64,000 nt of DNA from Vermamoeba vermiformis (lineage: Eukaryota): positions 1 through 64,000 of the forward strand of contig JBEWZL010000202.1 in NCBI GenBank assembly GCA_045837725.1, given 5' to 3'. Both the position numbers and the translations under genes were made by a program. Numbering within the stretch: position 1 is the first letter of the stretch; the number at the start of each line of letters is the position of its first letter. This document shows, piece after piece, positions 12,190 through 25,837 of this stretch. The notes beneath the pieces are model-generated. The model did no database searches and was not told the origin of the DNA. It saw nothing but the letters and a program-made list of their open reading frames with translations.

Positions 12190-15100
12190 ATGACGGGCAA
12201 TCGCTGGATCTGTCAAATATTTATAGCGGCCGTCATGCTACTGACAGTTCAAGGAGCAGCACCGCAATTAACTAGTCTCGAATATACCTACAAGAAATTA
12301 GAGATGATTGACCTGCAATCTGAACTGACTGTATTAACTGCTCGGTTCGATCAAGATGTCTTCGTAAATGTCTCGTGCTCAGCAGGAGAAACGACCACAT
12401 TCACTCCTTGCTGTCCTGTGCCTAATGTAGCAGCTACTGGATGCTTGTCTTGGACAGAAGCCAGACCTTGCATTGATGGCAGTGCAGTGATCGAAACAAA
12501 TCCGCTCGAGGATTCTGAGTACTTCGTGCTCAATGTCAGCAATTCCGATCGATGCCACTCCGTCAATATACTACTGCACAGTATTCGTGGCGAGTCTTGG
12601 CTACACGTATCAACGCGCGAGAATGGCGGCGAATACACAACGAACAGATTGGGCTCTGAAGGTGTGTCGCTGTGCTGCGAACAGATCAGACGCGACAATC
12701 CGTCCTGGAATGGCATCGTCTATTTGGAACACGAGCCTCGTACACCTGTTCAAGCTCGGCTGAGTCTAGTGGGTACGTCGCACTGATTTTGAATCATAAT
12801 ATATATTCCAACTCTCTATTGACCACCACACCCTATTATTAGTGGGACATCTGCTTCCCCTCGCGGAGTGGTATTTCTTGAGTAAGTACTCATACTGCGC
12901 ACACGAGCACTGCGTGGAATGAACCTTACTAACGCGCTTGCTAATATCCTACTTGCAGCGAGTGTCGAGGTGCAGTGTGCGAATGGCTACTATCTCAGTT
13001 CATTGCACTGCTTGCAAGAGGCCTGCGTATCATTGCCCCCAGCTGACGATCCGCTGAGCAATCTGGTGACGTCTATCGGGTACGAATAGCACCTAGTGCG
13101 TCCTGTGCATCGACCCCCTATTAATGAGTCCGCAGCTTGCTCGCAGACATCGGCAACAACACGCGCCAGTTCTCCATCGGCTTGTACCACTCCTACTCGC
13201 TCTACACTGGCGCCGCTACCAGCACCACGACCTTTCCCGTGCCGCAGTCTATCTACGCCGATGCGACCTGTGGCTTCTACGTGCCGAACATAGTCAACAA
13301 TCAGGGCGAGCAGTTCCTCACGCCGCAACGCCCCACGCTGCACACGCTGAGCTGCGACTACGACGCGTTCAGGACACAGCGCATCAACTTTGAGACCGCG
13401 CTGAATCACTTGGCTAACTTCAACGGCAGCACGGTTGGCACCACTGTCGCGGCACTGCTCGAGGTAAGTGGCACCTGTCGCACGTGACTGGAAATCTCGC
13501 TGACATCTCCGCTAGGCATTCGGCCACGTGACCACGGACGAATGGCAAGGCTGCACGCACATGATTGAAGGCACGCTGCTGCACCAGTTCGAAGAGACAC
13601 GTGCGTTCAGTGAAACCACGGCGTGTCTGGCGCTGAACGAGACCTCCAACGGCTACGCGACTGATCCGTGCTGCAATCCGCTGGTGCAAGAGCGCGAGTG
13701 CTGCGCATCACGTGATCTCAGTGCCACCGTGCGCGCATTTGAGGTGAATGCCGATCAAGTCGCGAACATGTGCGCTGCGCCCGAGTGTACCAAGGTGCGG
13801 AATAATTGTTGGTGCAGACGAGCACGTGACTAATCACAGCCCCGCAGACCCAGCTCTCCGACTACATTGTGCAGGCCATTGCCTCGCCCCTGCAGCGCAT
13901 CACGTGCTCGCAACTCACCGTGCAACAGCTGCAAAAGACCTCGAGTGGCTTGGACCTCGTGCGGCCCTGTCTCGACTCGCTGTTTCCGATCACGTGCTCG
14001 GATAAGTACGATGCGTCTGTTGTCCCGCGCCATCCGTGCTGACCGCGCCTATTTATAGCAAACACTGCCAAGACAAGCTCGGTGCTGCCTCCACGTGTCT
14101 GGGCAGTGCCACGTGCGGAGTGCCGTGCGTGTCCAACTCGCAGTGCGCGTCAGGCACGTGTCAAGACGGGTTCTGCATGGTGTTCGCGAGCTACGACTTT
14201 GCCAACTTCAATGTGACACGCATCTTGACAGCTGTCTTTCAGTGTCTCGAGAGCAATGTGGACCCCTACTTCTGGGCCTACATCAAGCTCGATCTCGGCG
14301 TGGATCTGCAAGCCTCGACGGAACAGATCGCAGTGACGTATCAGAGCCAGTTGTCCGAGTACAGCTGCATTGGCCTCAACTCCGGCTACGAGAGCAATGA
14401 GACTGCGTGCACCACCACACACACCTGCAATTGTAAGTGCGCGCTGGGGGCTGCGGAGGACTGATGCTATTTATAGGGACACCGTGTGACTCGCTCAAGA
14501 ACAGCACGTGCGCGCAACAATACTGCGAAGATCCAAATATAGGCACGGAGTTCTGCGGCGTGTGTTTCAGCGGACAGTGCTTGGAGCTCGGTATACCGCC
14601 CTACTGCACTCCGAATGGCTACGAGACTGCTGATGCCACCACGTGTCAAGCTGTCGGTGGATCGTACAATCCATTGTTCCGCGATGCATCTTGTCTGCGC
14701 AATGCCACCACAGCTGCCACGTGTCTGACTCCGCAGTTCTGCAACAGCACTTCGGTACGTATTGAGTCTATTTATAGCACTGCATTGTACTGACAGAGTG
14801 CCACCAGAGTTGTTCCGGCTACTGCTACACGACAGCAGCGCAGGCAGCCTGTACGGGCTCAGTAGGCAGTCACGTGGTACAGTGGACGAGTTGGTCACGT
14901 GACAGCACTAATTATGGCAACTGTCGCGTGCCCAGTGCCACCGATGAAGTGAGTTGCACGAGCGAGACGAGTGGCGCGGGCCTGTGGTGGACAGGTACGT
15001 AGAGGCGAGCACGTGACGATCACACTGACACGCGATTGACAGGTGTCACGTGGCACGACGGCCTGCTGACCTCAGCGCCAGAGTGCACGACACTGGGCGT

Positions 15101-17354
15101 GTGCAACTTTGAGCGCAGTTTGAGTGGTCTGAGCACCGAGGCGAGCTGCACGAGCACGAGCACGTGTGAGGGGTGTGGCAGCTGTGCCACCGAACAGCAG
15201 TGCGAGGAGAGTGGCACGTGCAATGATGACGTGGGCTGCGTGCTGTCCTTCACTCCGAGCGCGAGTTCACAGTACGCGTGCGAGCCTGGTGAGGTGTGGA
15301 CACCGCTCGGCTGTCTGCGCGGAGAATTGGATCAGACGCAGTGTGCGGCCAGTGGCGGTCAGTGGTTGCCAGCTGCCACCAATCGCAGCACGTGTCTGAG
15401 CAAGGCCGTGCTGTGTCAAGAGCCCGAGCCCATTGGTCTGTTCAATCAAATACCACGTGCTGCCAATCAGCTGCCCTGGGGCTGGAGCTTCAAGACAGCG
15501 GAACAATGTGCCGAGTGTGGTGGCAATATGACATCGTACTACGGATGGAACGGTGGTCGGTGGGTGCAGAGTCGCTGGACGGGCTTTGAATGGAAGTCAC
15601 GTGCCTTTCAGCGCGCCAATGCGTGGACCAGCATCGCCAACATCCCCGACACGAAGGTGGTCTTGCAGCGCAGTCTGGCGCGCAGAGTGGCCAATATTGC
15701 GCAGAGTGAACTGCAGTGTCGCTTCGGTCGTGTCGTGCCTGCCATTGAACAGATCACGTGCGACTGTGCTGCAACGAGCAGTGGCCGTGGCACCTGTTAC
15801 CAGGGCTCACTCCTCGCACCCGTCGTGTCCTCGCCCGTGTTCTGCACAGGCGTCGCAGCCACTGTCGCGCTGAGCACGGTGATGGTGAACAGCAGCAGCA
15901 CGGTGAGTGCCACCATCGGATGTTTCTCCGTGTCGGTGAGTGTGGTGGCCGAGTCGCAGCTCTCAGCGCAGAACGTGTTGCCCTTCGGCTCCGTGTCCCT
16001 CGCCAGCACGCAGTCCGCACTCTTCCAGCAGGTGCGCTTCATCAAGAACAGCGCGGGTGTGGCGGTGGGTGAGGTGTTGGGCGATGGTGTGCGTGTGACA
16101 GCCTCGACACCTGTCAGCGGCGGACTCTCAGCGTGCTTCATCTTCCCGACTGACCTCAACTCCGCGCTGCCCATTCAGCTGCTCGATTGGGCGGTGCCAG
16201 TGATTGCCAATGACACGGGACTCATCACGGACTTCACGCTGCTCGGACTCAATTGGCAGTTGCAGCAGCGCGATCAGCTCTACTGCGTGCCCGTCACTGA
16301 CACGCCCGTCATGCTCTTCCCCGTGGGTCTGCAGCAAGACTTTCAGACCGCGCAGTACATCAGCACCTTCTTTGCCTACGAAGTGTTCTACATCTTCTTC
16401 GGACTGGTGCTATATTTAGCCGTGATGGCACTCAACGTGTACCACATGATCGTACACGTCACGCAAGCGGAAATTCCCTTCACACCGTGTCAAGCAGCGT
16501 TCTGGAACATCAGCAAGATTGCACTCTTGATTCTCGCGCTCCTGTTGCTCGGTACGTGCTAAATATAGCTCATCTTACCGCACTGACCTCACATTGCCAC
16601 CACAGATCGCATCCTGTACCTGATCCTGCTCGTGTCCGGTGTGCTGGCCAATGCGACGCAGATCGATGTGGTGTTCTCAGAGCTGCCGACGCTGTTCTTC
16701 TTCGCCATCTACTCGATGATCGTGTTCCGCTGGGCCGAGATCTATCACTTCACCATGACCACGGGCCGCAAGAAGGGCATCACCAAGCTCAGACCTGCAC
16801 TCATTGCCGTGGTGGCGTTCTTAGTGGTGCTGTACATTGTGCTCGTGCCCACCTTCTTTGCACTGCTCGAACAGCCCAAGGTGTTGTCGTGCGACACAGT
16901 CACCAGCAGTCAAGCGGACCTCGCGAGCAGTGCGGCAGTGGTGGGGCTCATCTTCAAGATTGTGCTTGCCGTCCTCGCCCTCGCGCTCAGTGCCATGTTC
17001 GTCATCTACGGCCTCCGAGTCGCGCAGCTGATGACGCAAGCCAAGGCCAAGAACGAGGAGCAGATGACCAAGCGCAAGCGTGTCTTGATGCGGCTGATCG
17101 TCGTGTCGTCCGTGTGCACGCTCTGTCTGCTCGCGCAAGCGGCCTCGCTGCTGTACAGCTCCTTCGACAGACAGGCGCGCAATCTGATGGGCGCACTGAC
17201 CTTCATCTACCTCGTCGAGGTGCCAGCAGCTGTCATCTTCATCGTCATGTTCAAGAAAGTGTCGCTCTTCCAGCCCCTGCAGAAGATGAAGGGCAGCAGT
17301 GGCGCCACGAGCAGCACTGCACCCATCCGTGACTCGAGTGTGCAGTCGAATTAA
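12190..17354 (+). CDS. large Cys-rich ectodomain + THH1/TOM1/TOM3 (GPR137-like) 7TM protein
   Basis: Signal peptide; many Cys-rich exons joined by short introns; seven hydrophobic helices with ELPTLFFFAIYSMIVFRWAEIYH and YLVEVPAAVIF motifs. Confidence 0.8.
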
Positions 17355-17685
17355 CAACAATAACAATAATAACTTATACCTACCCGTGTTTGGTGTCACG
17401 TGATCGTTGTACAGTACTTGAAAATAAACACTTGCAAATATACTCGAGCTTGCCAATCATGAAGGGTAGCCTATTTGCGCTGTGAATCGGACACAGTATC
17501 TGTTGCAAATATCGATAAGATTGCGCACGTGACTTTGATTGATGACATGCGTCAAAATATTGAGGCAATCATGATTGATCATCAATTAATTTAATTTCTA
17601 CCAGCAGTATTAAAGAAACATCACTATACCAATTATTTGCTATTATAGCGGCATTATTTAAATATCGCAGGAGCGCTTGCCAGAC

Positions 17686-20600
17686 ATGAGCAACGTACCT
17701 TGTAACAACTTTGATCCTCAATTATACAGAAAAACACACTGTAAAAATTGTTACAGGTAATATTGGTCGTGACAAAGAGCATTATTAAATCCTGGAGTAA
17801 TAAAATTAATAATAATTAAATTTCATTGTCAATTACCGCAGGCTAGAAAAGGATCATGGAGCTAATAAGACTGCCAATGACTCTACAATAGGGGTCCCTA
17901 AGGCCTCATCGCAAACACAATTCAAGATGCTCAAGGTCGACAAGAGCGAGTCAGGGCCCAGATCTGCGCCTTTGCCGCCCAAAACTCCAGCGCCACCAGT
18001 ACCCAAAAAACTGCCACCACCTCCACCCCCGACTCAACCGCGAGGTAAGTGACACATGTCAAACAGAGTTCTTTGTACTGATCACGTGTTCCACAAAGTG
18101 CCTATCGCACCCGTAGTGACACCTGTCACACCCAAGCCAGACACGGACCACAAAGTGCCACTCAAACCTGTGCCAGCAGCTGTCAACAAGCGCATTGAAA
18201 TCACGAACCATATCGGGAAGTTGTCCTTTGACAGCGCAGCGGGCGGAACATCTAAGAGCGCCGAGTTCACGGGTGCCACCAAGTCCAAATCGGGCAGTGT
18301 CAGTGTGTCGGAGGAGCAGTCGCCGCGCCACAAGGGCAGCAAACCTCCCGTGCGCGAGAGTGATCACGTGACATTCTGCTGGCAAGTCGATGCCATCACT
18401 GCATCTAGTGTATACTGACTTCCAAATTAGGCAACTAGTGCGCGATGTGTTCGAGCTGATGGGCCTGGACGAACAGCGGCAAACAGAGCTGCTCAAATCA
18501 CTGCGCGCCAAAAGCAGTCTCGCGGTTGGTCCGCCCACCCTGCACTCGCTGCACGTGATAGTAAGTCGGAGGGCGAGCAGGGACATGCACTGACTTGCCT
18601 AATTAGGACAAAATCGAAGCCAAGTGTGCCGAGTACAAACAGGAGCACAAGACCGTGTTGAGTGCCGTGCGCATTCAGGCCTGCTGTCGCACCTATCTCG
18701 CGCGCAGTCAATATTGTACGTCGCGCATTGCTGTCACGTGATTGGTCTGATTGTTGTTTGTTTCAGTGAATGTGAAAACTGACCCAATCAATCGCGAGCG
18801 TCATGAGCTGGTCAAGAGTTTGTTGAATGAAGAGCGCGGCTATTGGCTAAAATTAGAAACAATCATTCAGGTATATTGCCTAATTTGGCAGTCCTAGGAC
18901 TAATCGATCGATCGAACAGGACTACATGAATCCGCTCAAAGGTGCGTCGGGCTCGCGTATGATTCCCTTTTTAAGAAAGAGCGGAATATCTTCCGCGGAT
19001 CTCGAAACAATCTTCGCGAACATTACAGTAAGCGTTGAGATCGATCGGACGACGTAACTGATTTTCTAAAAAAGGAAATTGCGGAAGTGCACAAAGAAAT
19101 GAAGTCAGAAATAGAACGCGTGCTGTCAGAGCTGACAGTCGAGACAGCACATGTGGGTCAATTGTTTCTAAAAATGGCGCCCAAGATGAAAGTGTACGGC
19201 CGTTACGTGAACAACTTTGTGTGGAGCAACATGACACTGTCGCGCGTGACAGCAGAGAGCACGGCGCATCAGCAAGAGCTCGAACAGCTGCAGCACGAGT
19301 CACGCATTCCTGAACTGCCGCTCGGTACGTGAGGTGATTTCAGTGAACGACACTGAGCTGACACTTGGTGGCACAGTGACACTGCTGACGTGTCCGTTGA
19401 ATCACATCACCATGTACCGTCTGAAGCTCGAAGAATTGGAGCGCATTGAGTCCAAGAAGCGCGGCAAGAGCACGAGCGAAGAGCTGACCAAAGCACTGAC
19501 GGTGATGACGGAGACCAGTGAGTGACACCTCCCTGCCTTGTGACACGTTATTCATGAACACCATTCATTAACAGGCGAGTTCATTCACGACTCGGTGTTG
19601 CATTCACAAGAGCGCGCGCAGATGATGGAATTGCAGCGAAATTTCACTTTTGAACGAGACAGCTTTGAGGTACGACTATATTCCAAATATGGCAAATCAC
19701 TCACACTAATCACGTGCACAGCTGTGGAATGGCAAGCGCGAGTTAGAGTGGCAAGGTGAAGTGTCAGCGGTGGACAAGTCGTCAAAGAAGAGCGGAAAAT
19801 CTCTCTATTTGTTCACTGACCTCTGTCTATACGGTTCACTGAAACAGAAGAAATTTTACGTCAAGCACGTGATACCGTTGAATGAGTTGACCCTGACGCC
19901 AGACCCTGCTGAGCCCCTGGTCGAATTGTCGTTCAAAAAGACCAAATTAGTGGTGGCATTTGAGCGCGCGACTGATCGGAACAAATTCGTCGAGCTGGCA
20001 CGTGACCTGTCCACGCCACTCAAGAAAAAGACCATGGGTATGTACGCGCACTTTCCATATATGGCAGTGGCATACTGACAGCAGCAGTGTTGGGACTCTC
20101 AGTGCAAGACATGATGGACGAAGAGGCGCCACATTTAGCTGCTACCGCTGGCGTGCCTTATTTGGTGTACAAGTGCGTCGAACACTTGCGCAAGAGTAAG
20201 TTTGTTTATTACTAAATTAGGCAAGTACAATGCTCACTCGCACGCAGACATCGACACGGAGGGATTGTTCCGCATTTCCGCAGCAGGCAGCGAACTCGAG
20301 GCCCTGAAGAGTGAATTCAAGCGCGGTGAGTCACGTGACGCTTTTTGACATGTGACAGCTGTATTGACATGTGTGGTTCAGTGAAACAAGGTGAACAGGC
20401 CGATGTCGATTTGACCAAGTACAGCGTGCACGCAGTGTCCAACATGCTCAAGACATTTTTCCGCACGCAACCGCAGCCAATCATGACCTTCGCGCTGTAC
20501 GACAAGCTGGTGCTGATTGGTGAGCTCAAAGATCTCGCGCACAAGTCACGTGATCTCAAAATTGCGCTGCAATCACTGCCGCCAGCCAATCGCGCCATCC

Positions 20601-20800
20601 TGCACTACGTGTTCAAGCTGTTGCAGGCAGTGGCACGTGACTCGGCGACCAATCAGATGACGAGCAGCAATCTCGCGATCTGTCTCGCGCCCTCGCTGTC
20701 CTGGCCGCAGGGTGAACAGTCGATCGAGATCACGCTCAGCGTGCACAAACTGGTCGCCGCGGTGCAGAGCATGATCGATCAGGTCGATGTCGTGTTTTGA
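17686..20800 (+). CDS. IQ + RhoGEF(DH)-PH + RhoGAP protein
   Basis: IQACCRTYLAR; DH motifs (LLNEERGY, LETIFANI, YGRYVNN); PH (LYLFTD); GAP (EGLFRIS, NQMTSSNLAICLAPSL). Confidence 0.85.
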
Positions 20801-20860
20801 CACGTGTCATCGTAGTGTCACGTGATGTATTATATTATGGAGTAAATCTCATGCTTAGTG

Positions 20861-22165
20861 CTATTTTTGGAACACGAGGCACCGATCGAATCCCTCGTAG
20901 TCTTTCACTGAACGCACGTGACTCAATTGCGCGTGTCGAGTGAAGAGTTCAATCACGTGCTCGTGCTGATCGTAGCCAATCTCCAGCAGGAGATAACTGC
21001 CTTGTTTCATGAATCGCGTGATTTGCTTTGCTATGGCCTCCAGTGCTAAAAATAGATCAGCAACAAGCACAATGTCGAAGTACCTTACCTTCGAGTCCAG
21101 TCACCCCTCCAAATAAGGCAAGTTCGGGTTCATAATGCTTCACCGTGTCGCTGAGTGTATCACGTGCTGCACTTGCTATATATGGAGGATTGGCCACGAC
21201 GAGATCGAATTCGCGCAATGGCAACTGACTCGTCCAGTCACTGCAGCACGTGATCAGAATTGCCATATTTAGATGTTGAATCGTACCTTTTAACGAACTC
21301 CAACCGCTCCACACCTCCGAGCACGCGTGAGGCATTGACACGTGCCACGCGCAGTGCCGTGTCATCAACGTCCACCGCGACACCATGCCACGTGCCGAGT
21401 TCGGACAGCAGACTGACAGCAATGCACCCACTGCCCGTGCCGAGGTCGAGCAGTGTGCCGTGCGCTGGTCCGTGCTGTGCGATCAGTGACAGTGCTGTCT
21501 CAACGAGCTGTCAAATGACACGTGTCAATTCGTAATTTTCACAGCAGTCAAGTGTCATACCACTTCAGTACACGGTCGAGGTATGAGTGTACCTTTGACA
21601 CGTGTCCCCTCTCCCTCACTCCCCCTTGCCAGGGCTGTATCTCGCGGTGTATCTCGCTCGTCCAGGGCACTGTCCGTGCACACAAACACGTGTCGCCAGA
21701 ACGGCTTTAGGTGTGTGATGTAACTCAACGGCTCACCACTCACGCGTCGTGTGGCGAGTCTGTGGCACTGCTGTCAGTCACGCTGTCAGTGCAAGCAACA
21801 CGAGCTATTACCGGTCAATGTCTTGCCACTGCTCTGAGCTCACTGCTTTGGATGTGCCGCGCAATAACTCTTCGCGCGAGGCTTTGAGCACGTGGCCTAG
21901 TATGATCTCTGCCTCCATACTGATGAATATTAATCCAGAGTTAATATCGTTGCCACCGACAGCTCGGAGGACTTACCGAGGCTGTGTTACATCTGCGCCG
22001 CTCTTCAACTTGCGTTTTATCTCTTCTGCTGCCTCGCCTATTGTCTTCGCTGACAACAGAAAATAGTTATTATTACATTGTAAGAGCGAATATTGACTTG
22101 CGTTTTCGGCTGAACGATCGAGATCCAACAGATCTGGCTGAGCGGATAAATAATCGAGCAAACAT
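20861..22165 (-). CDS. HEMK1: HemK/PrmC release-factor glutamine methyltransferase (probably mitochondrial)
   Basis: GEPLSYI, LIPRPCTE, LDLGTGSGCIA, NPPY, YEPELALFGG, LLEIGYDQ; start uncertain (22165 or 22173). Confidence 0.88.
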
Positions 22166-22357
22166 TTCAGCATCACCACTATTGTATGAATGATATGTAT
22201 GTATCCAGTGCACTCGATACAGGGTTGTTGGTACTGTGCTGCTTGAACTCGCTAAGAAAAAGCAACTCAAATTCTGTTCTGTTGCGACGTAATTGTTAGA
22301 GCGCGAGTGATCAATGCTCCACTGAGCTCATATACGTTGTAATATATAAAGCACATA

Positions 22358-24253
22358 ATGTCCTCCAGAGCTCGTAGCAGAAGTCGCAGCAGATCCCGTG
22401 AGCGACGCCACAAACACGATCGACGTCACCGCGACGATAGAGACAAGGAACGTGATAGCAGAGACAGCAGAAGTGATCGTGATAGACGTGATTATAGAGA
22501 CAAGGACAGAGATAGTCGAGACAAACGAGATTCGCACAGAGACAGGGATGAGAAAAAAGAAAAATATGACAATAAATCCAGCAGCAATGAGCGAGGAAAT
22601 AATGACAGTAGTCGCAATGGAGATAATATTAAAAATAATGGTGCCCCAGTATCAAGCAGTGGTGACAAATCTGCACCATCTGAACCACCAGCACCTCTGT
22701 TGCCCAGTGGCTTATCTATTACCAAGAATGCAGCACAGCTCGCATCCATTTTAGCCAAGACCAAGCAACAACTCGAAGAACAGAAGAAGAAGCTGTTAGA
22801 GAAAGTCAAAGAGACGGAACAACAGACAGAGGCCAAGCCCGCGAGTGTCAAACAAGAGGCCAGACCTGCTGCGCCTAGTCTCGTGCCTACAGAGCCCGCG
22901 CCAGTGAAAGAAGAGATCGATGTCTTTGCTATTCCCGTGCGCGTGCCGACCACGCTGAAAGCCAATCAAAAGCTGCAACAGGCTGAAGAACAGCGCGCGG
23001 AGCAGAAGGCGCGCACATTGGACAAGCTGCTCAAGACCACTGGCAAGACCGTGCCTGTCCCTGAGGAGCGCATTGAAGAGCAGTACTTTGATCCCAGACT
23101 CGGCAAGGACCCCACGCGCCGCAAGAAGCGCAGTTTCAATTTTGTGGAGCCCGGCACCTACGTCGAACAGGCCAACAGAGAGCGCGAGACCAAGCGACAG
23201 CGCGTGGAGAGTGGTGAGAGCGAGCCCAGTGCTGTCAGTGTCAAGAAAGAGGAGCCTGTCAGCACGAGTGACACTGTGCCACGTGACAAGAAGACTGCTG
23301 ATCAGATCCCTGACGTCGAGTGGTGGGACTTGCCATTTTTGGAAGTGACACGTGAGGACAGCGAGGGTCGCAAAGTATCACTGGCCCCCAGCTACGACCT
23401 CCGCGTGCTGGAAGACAAGATCAACAAGCTGATTGAACACCCCACTGTGATTGCACCGCCCGCTGAGGCCCCTGCACCCCCGCCACAGCAAGTCAAACTC
23501 ACTGCTGCTGAGCGCAAGAAGCAGCGCCGAATTGAGCGCGCGAGAGCACGAGAGCTGGAGCACGAGAAGTACTTGCTGGGTCTGACTGAGGCCCCCAAGC
23601 CCAAGGTGAAGATCAGCAACATGATGCGTGTCTACGGTGCTGAAGCGGTGCAAGATCCCACGCAACTCGAAGCACTCGTCAAGAAAGAGATGGCTGAGCG
23701 ACAAGAGCGACACGAACAGCGCAATGAAGAGCGCAAATTGACCCCTGAAGAACGTCGTGAAAAGAAGCGCAAAAAGATGCTCGAAGACACCAAGCTGCTG
23801 TCACACGTGGCGGTGTTTAAGATCCCTGCCACGGCCCTCAATGACCCCAAGATTCGCTTCAAGATCGACATGAATGCCAATCAGAACTACCTCTCAGGCA
23901 CGGGTGTCGTCACACCGACCATGGCCATCATCGTCATTGAAGGCGGTCCCAATGCCATCAAGCGCTACAAGAAGTTGATGTTGCGCCGCATTCAGTGGAA
24001 GACAGTGGCTGGCGACAAGACTGACGAGGCTGAAGAGGACGACGACGATGAAGAGCAGGACCGTGAGCGCGCCAACAGTCGCTACTGTCAGTTAGTGTGG
24101 GAGGGTGAAGTGCTCAAACCGACCTTCCGCAGCTTCAAAGTGGAACAGTTTGCTGAAGAAACTGCTGCGCGCAAGTTCTTGGCTGAGAACGGTATTCCGC
24201 ATTATTGGGACCAGGCCAAAGCACTGCCTGCCGCAACTGAGCTGTTATTGTAG
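22358..24253 (+). CDS. PRPF3: U4/U6 snRNP protein Prp3
   Basis: Intronless 631-aa ORF; IPDVEWWD, PKPKVKISNMMRV, RFKIDMNANQ, EGGPNAIKRYKKLMLRRIQW, CQLVWEG. Confidence 0.96.
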   Translation: MSSRARSRSRSRSRERRHKHDRRHRDDRDKERDSRDSRSDRDRRDYRDKDRDSRDKRDSHRDRDEKKEKYDNKSSSNERGNNDSSRNGDNIKNNGAPVSSSGDKSAPSEPPAPLLPSGLSITKNAAQLASILAKTKQQLEEQKKKLLEKVKETEQQTEAKPASVKQEARPAAPSLVPTEPAPVKEEIDVFAIPVRVPTTLKANQKLQQAEEQRAEQKARTLDKLLKTTGKTVPVPEERIEEQYFDPRLGKDPTRRKKRSFNFVEPGTYVEQANRERETKRQRVESGESEPSAVSVKKEEPVSTSDTVPRDKKTADQIPDVEWWDLPFLEVTREDSEGRKVSLAPSYDLRVLEDKINKLIEHPTVIAPPAEAPAPPPQQVKLTAAERKKQRRIERARARELEHEKYLLGLTEAPKPKVKISNMMRVYGAEAVQDPTQLEALVKKEMAERQERHEQRNEERKLTPEERREKKRKKMLEDTKLLSHVAVFKIPATALNDPKIRFKIDMNANQNYLSGTGVVTPTMAIIVIEGGPNAIKRYKKLMLRRIQWKTVAGDKTDEAEEDDDDEEQDRERANSRYCQLVWEGEVLKPTFRSFKVEQFAEETAARKFLAENGIPHYWDQAKALPAATELLL

Positions 24254-24458
24254 ATAAAAGTGGATTGCTGTCAAAACCAGATCAAGATTCAGTGAACGGC
24301 TTAATCTGCCGCCAACACGATTGTAAATTGATGTAATGCAGATAAATCGATAAATGCATTATTTAATGACAAACCAAGGAAAGTGACCATGAATGCTGAT
24401 TAATACTTGTATTTTACATTTAATTGTACAAAATTGTTATGCTACAACCGAATTAACT

Positions 24459-25837
24459 TCACCTGCTTGAAATTGATCGAATGTCAAAGTTGCAGTTGAC
24501 GAGATTAGCACCCTTCAAGTTAGTTTTGTGCAAATTAGCGCCCTTGAGATTAGCACCTTCAATATCTGCTGCTGCGAGATCACAACTGCGCAGATTTGCA
24601 TTTTCTAAATTTGCACCTTTCAGCTTTGCAGCACGGAGATTGGCCCCCGAGAGATTGGTGTCCTCGAGATTCGCACCGATCATTTTGCAGCTTTCAAGAT
24701 TGGCTTTGAGACCTCCTCGATCTTCGAAATTAGCACCTCTATTAATAGACATTAATGCTCTGAATCTAATCTAGCCTATGGTTCAGCAGATCTGATCTTA
24801 CCTCAACACCGCGCCAGTCAAAGTCGCACCAGAGAGATTAGCACCGCGCAGACTAGCATTCTCGAGATTAGCGCCAGTCAAATCAGCCCCTTGCAGCTGT
24901 GTGTTGTCGAGATTGCAGCCGCGCAGATTAGCGTAGCGAAGATTGGTCTGTTTGAAGTTGATCAGACTCAGATCCAGCTTGCTCAAATCAATGCCGCTGA
25001 GATTGAGTCCTTGACAGCGCAGACTGACATTCGTTGAGCTCGTGACGAGTATATTGACAAAGTCTTTGCGACTAATCTCCTTTTTGGACTGCTCGAGCAT
25101 AATGGTGAGCGGATCTATCATGCTGGCAATGTTGAAGAACTTGGCCTCTTGCAAGACACCCTCGACATTCACTCCGTCATCGAGTACTATGGTGCCGGTG
25201 CGAAGGTAATTGAGAATGGGCTCGAAATACTCTGGCGAACGATCGATCAAATAGGCTCCCTAATGTACGAATAAAACGTAAGTTAAATAAGAACACTGTT
25301 TTGATTTCGTACCTTTTCATCGCGCGCGGAGTTCCATTGTCCTGAAAACATCTTGGCCAGCATAGAATCGCGCTCTTTCGTCAAAGTGGTGCGTGTTGTA
25401 ACGAACTTCTTGCCACCTACATCCAGTCGCACCCATTCAGGCAACGAAGATTCACTTCTCGGCGAAGATGTTGTAGTGGGTGCTATAATAACTCTATTAT
25501 TGTTCGTATGGTAGTCCTCGAACGACACGTCCTCTTTGTCGCTGCTTGGATCAAAATTGAAATTGAGCGTAGAGCTTGTGTGCACTACATTGGCTGGGAA
25601 GTGCGTGTTGAATGGACCTCGCTTCTCTTCCATAGAGTTCTCAGTGCTATCAATGGCCAGTGGACTGTTCCATCTGCTGATAGAATCTGGCGAAAAATCG
25701 GGGGAGCGAGAGACACAAATAATATCGCTGTCTCGTATTGATGAGGCATCTAAACGAGTGCCATGCTGATTAAATAAATAAATATTGTCCTTAGGCAAGC
25801 CCAAGCACTCTTTCACCTTGGTTGCGTGCAACGACAT
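24459..25837 (-). CDS. KCTD9: KCTD9-like BTB/POZ + pentapeptide-repeat protein
   Basis: KHA-like N-terminus; BTB ([34 protein letters not shown]); LRCQGLNL; A(N/D)Lxx pentapeptide repeats; 3 exons. Confidence 0.9.
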
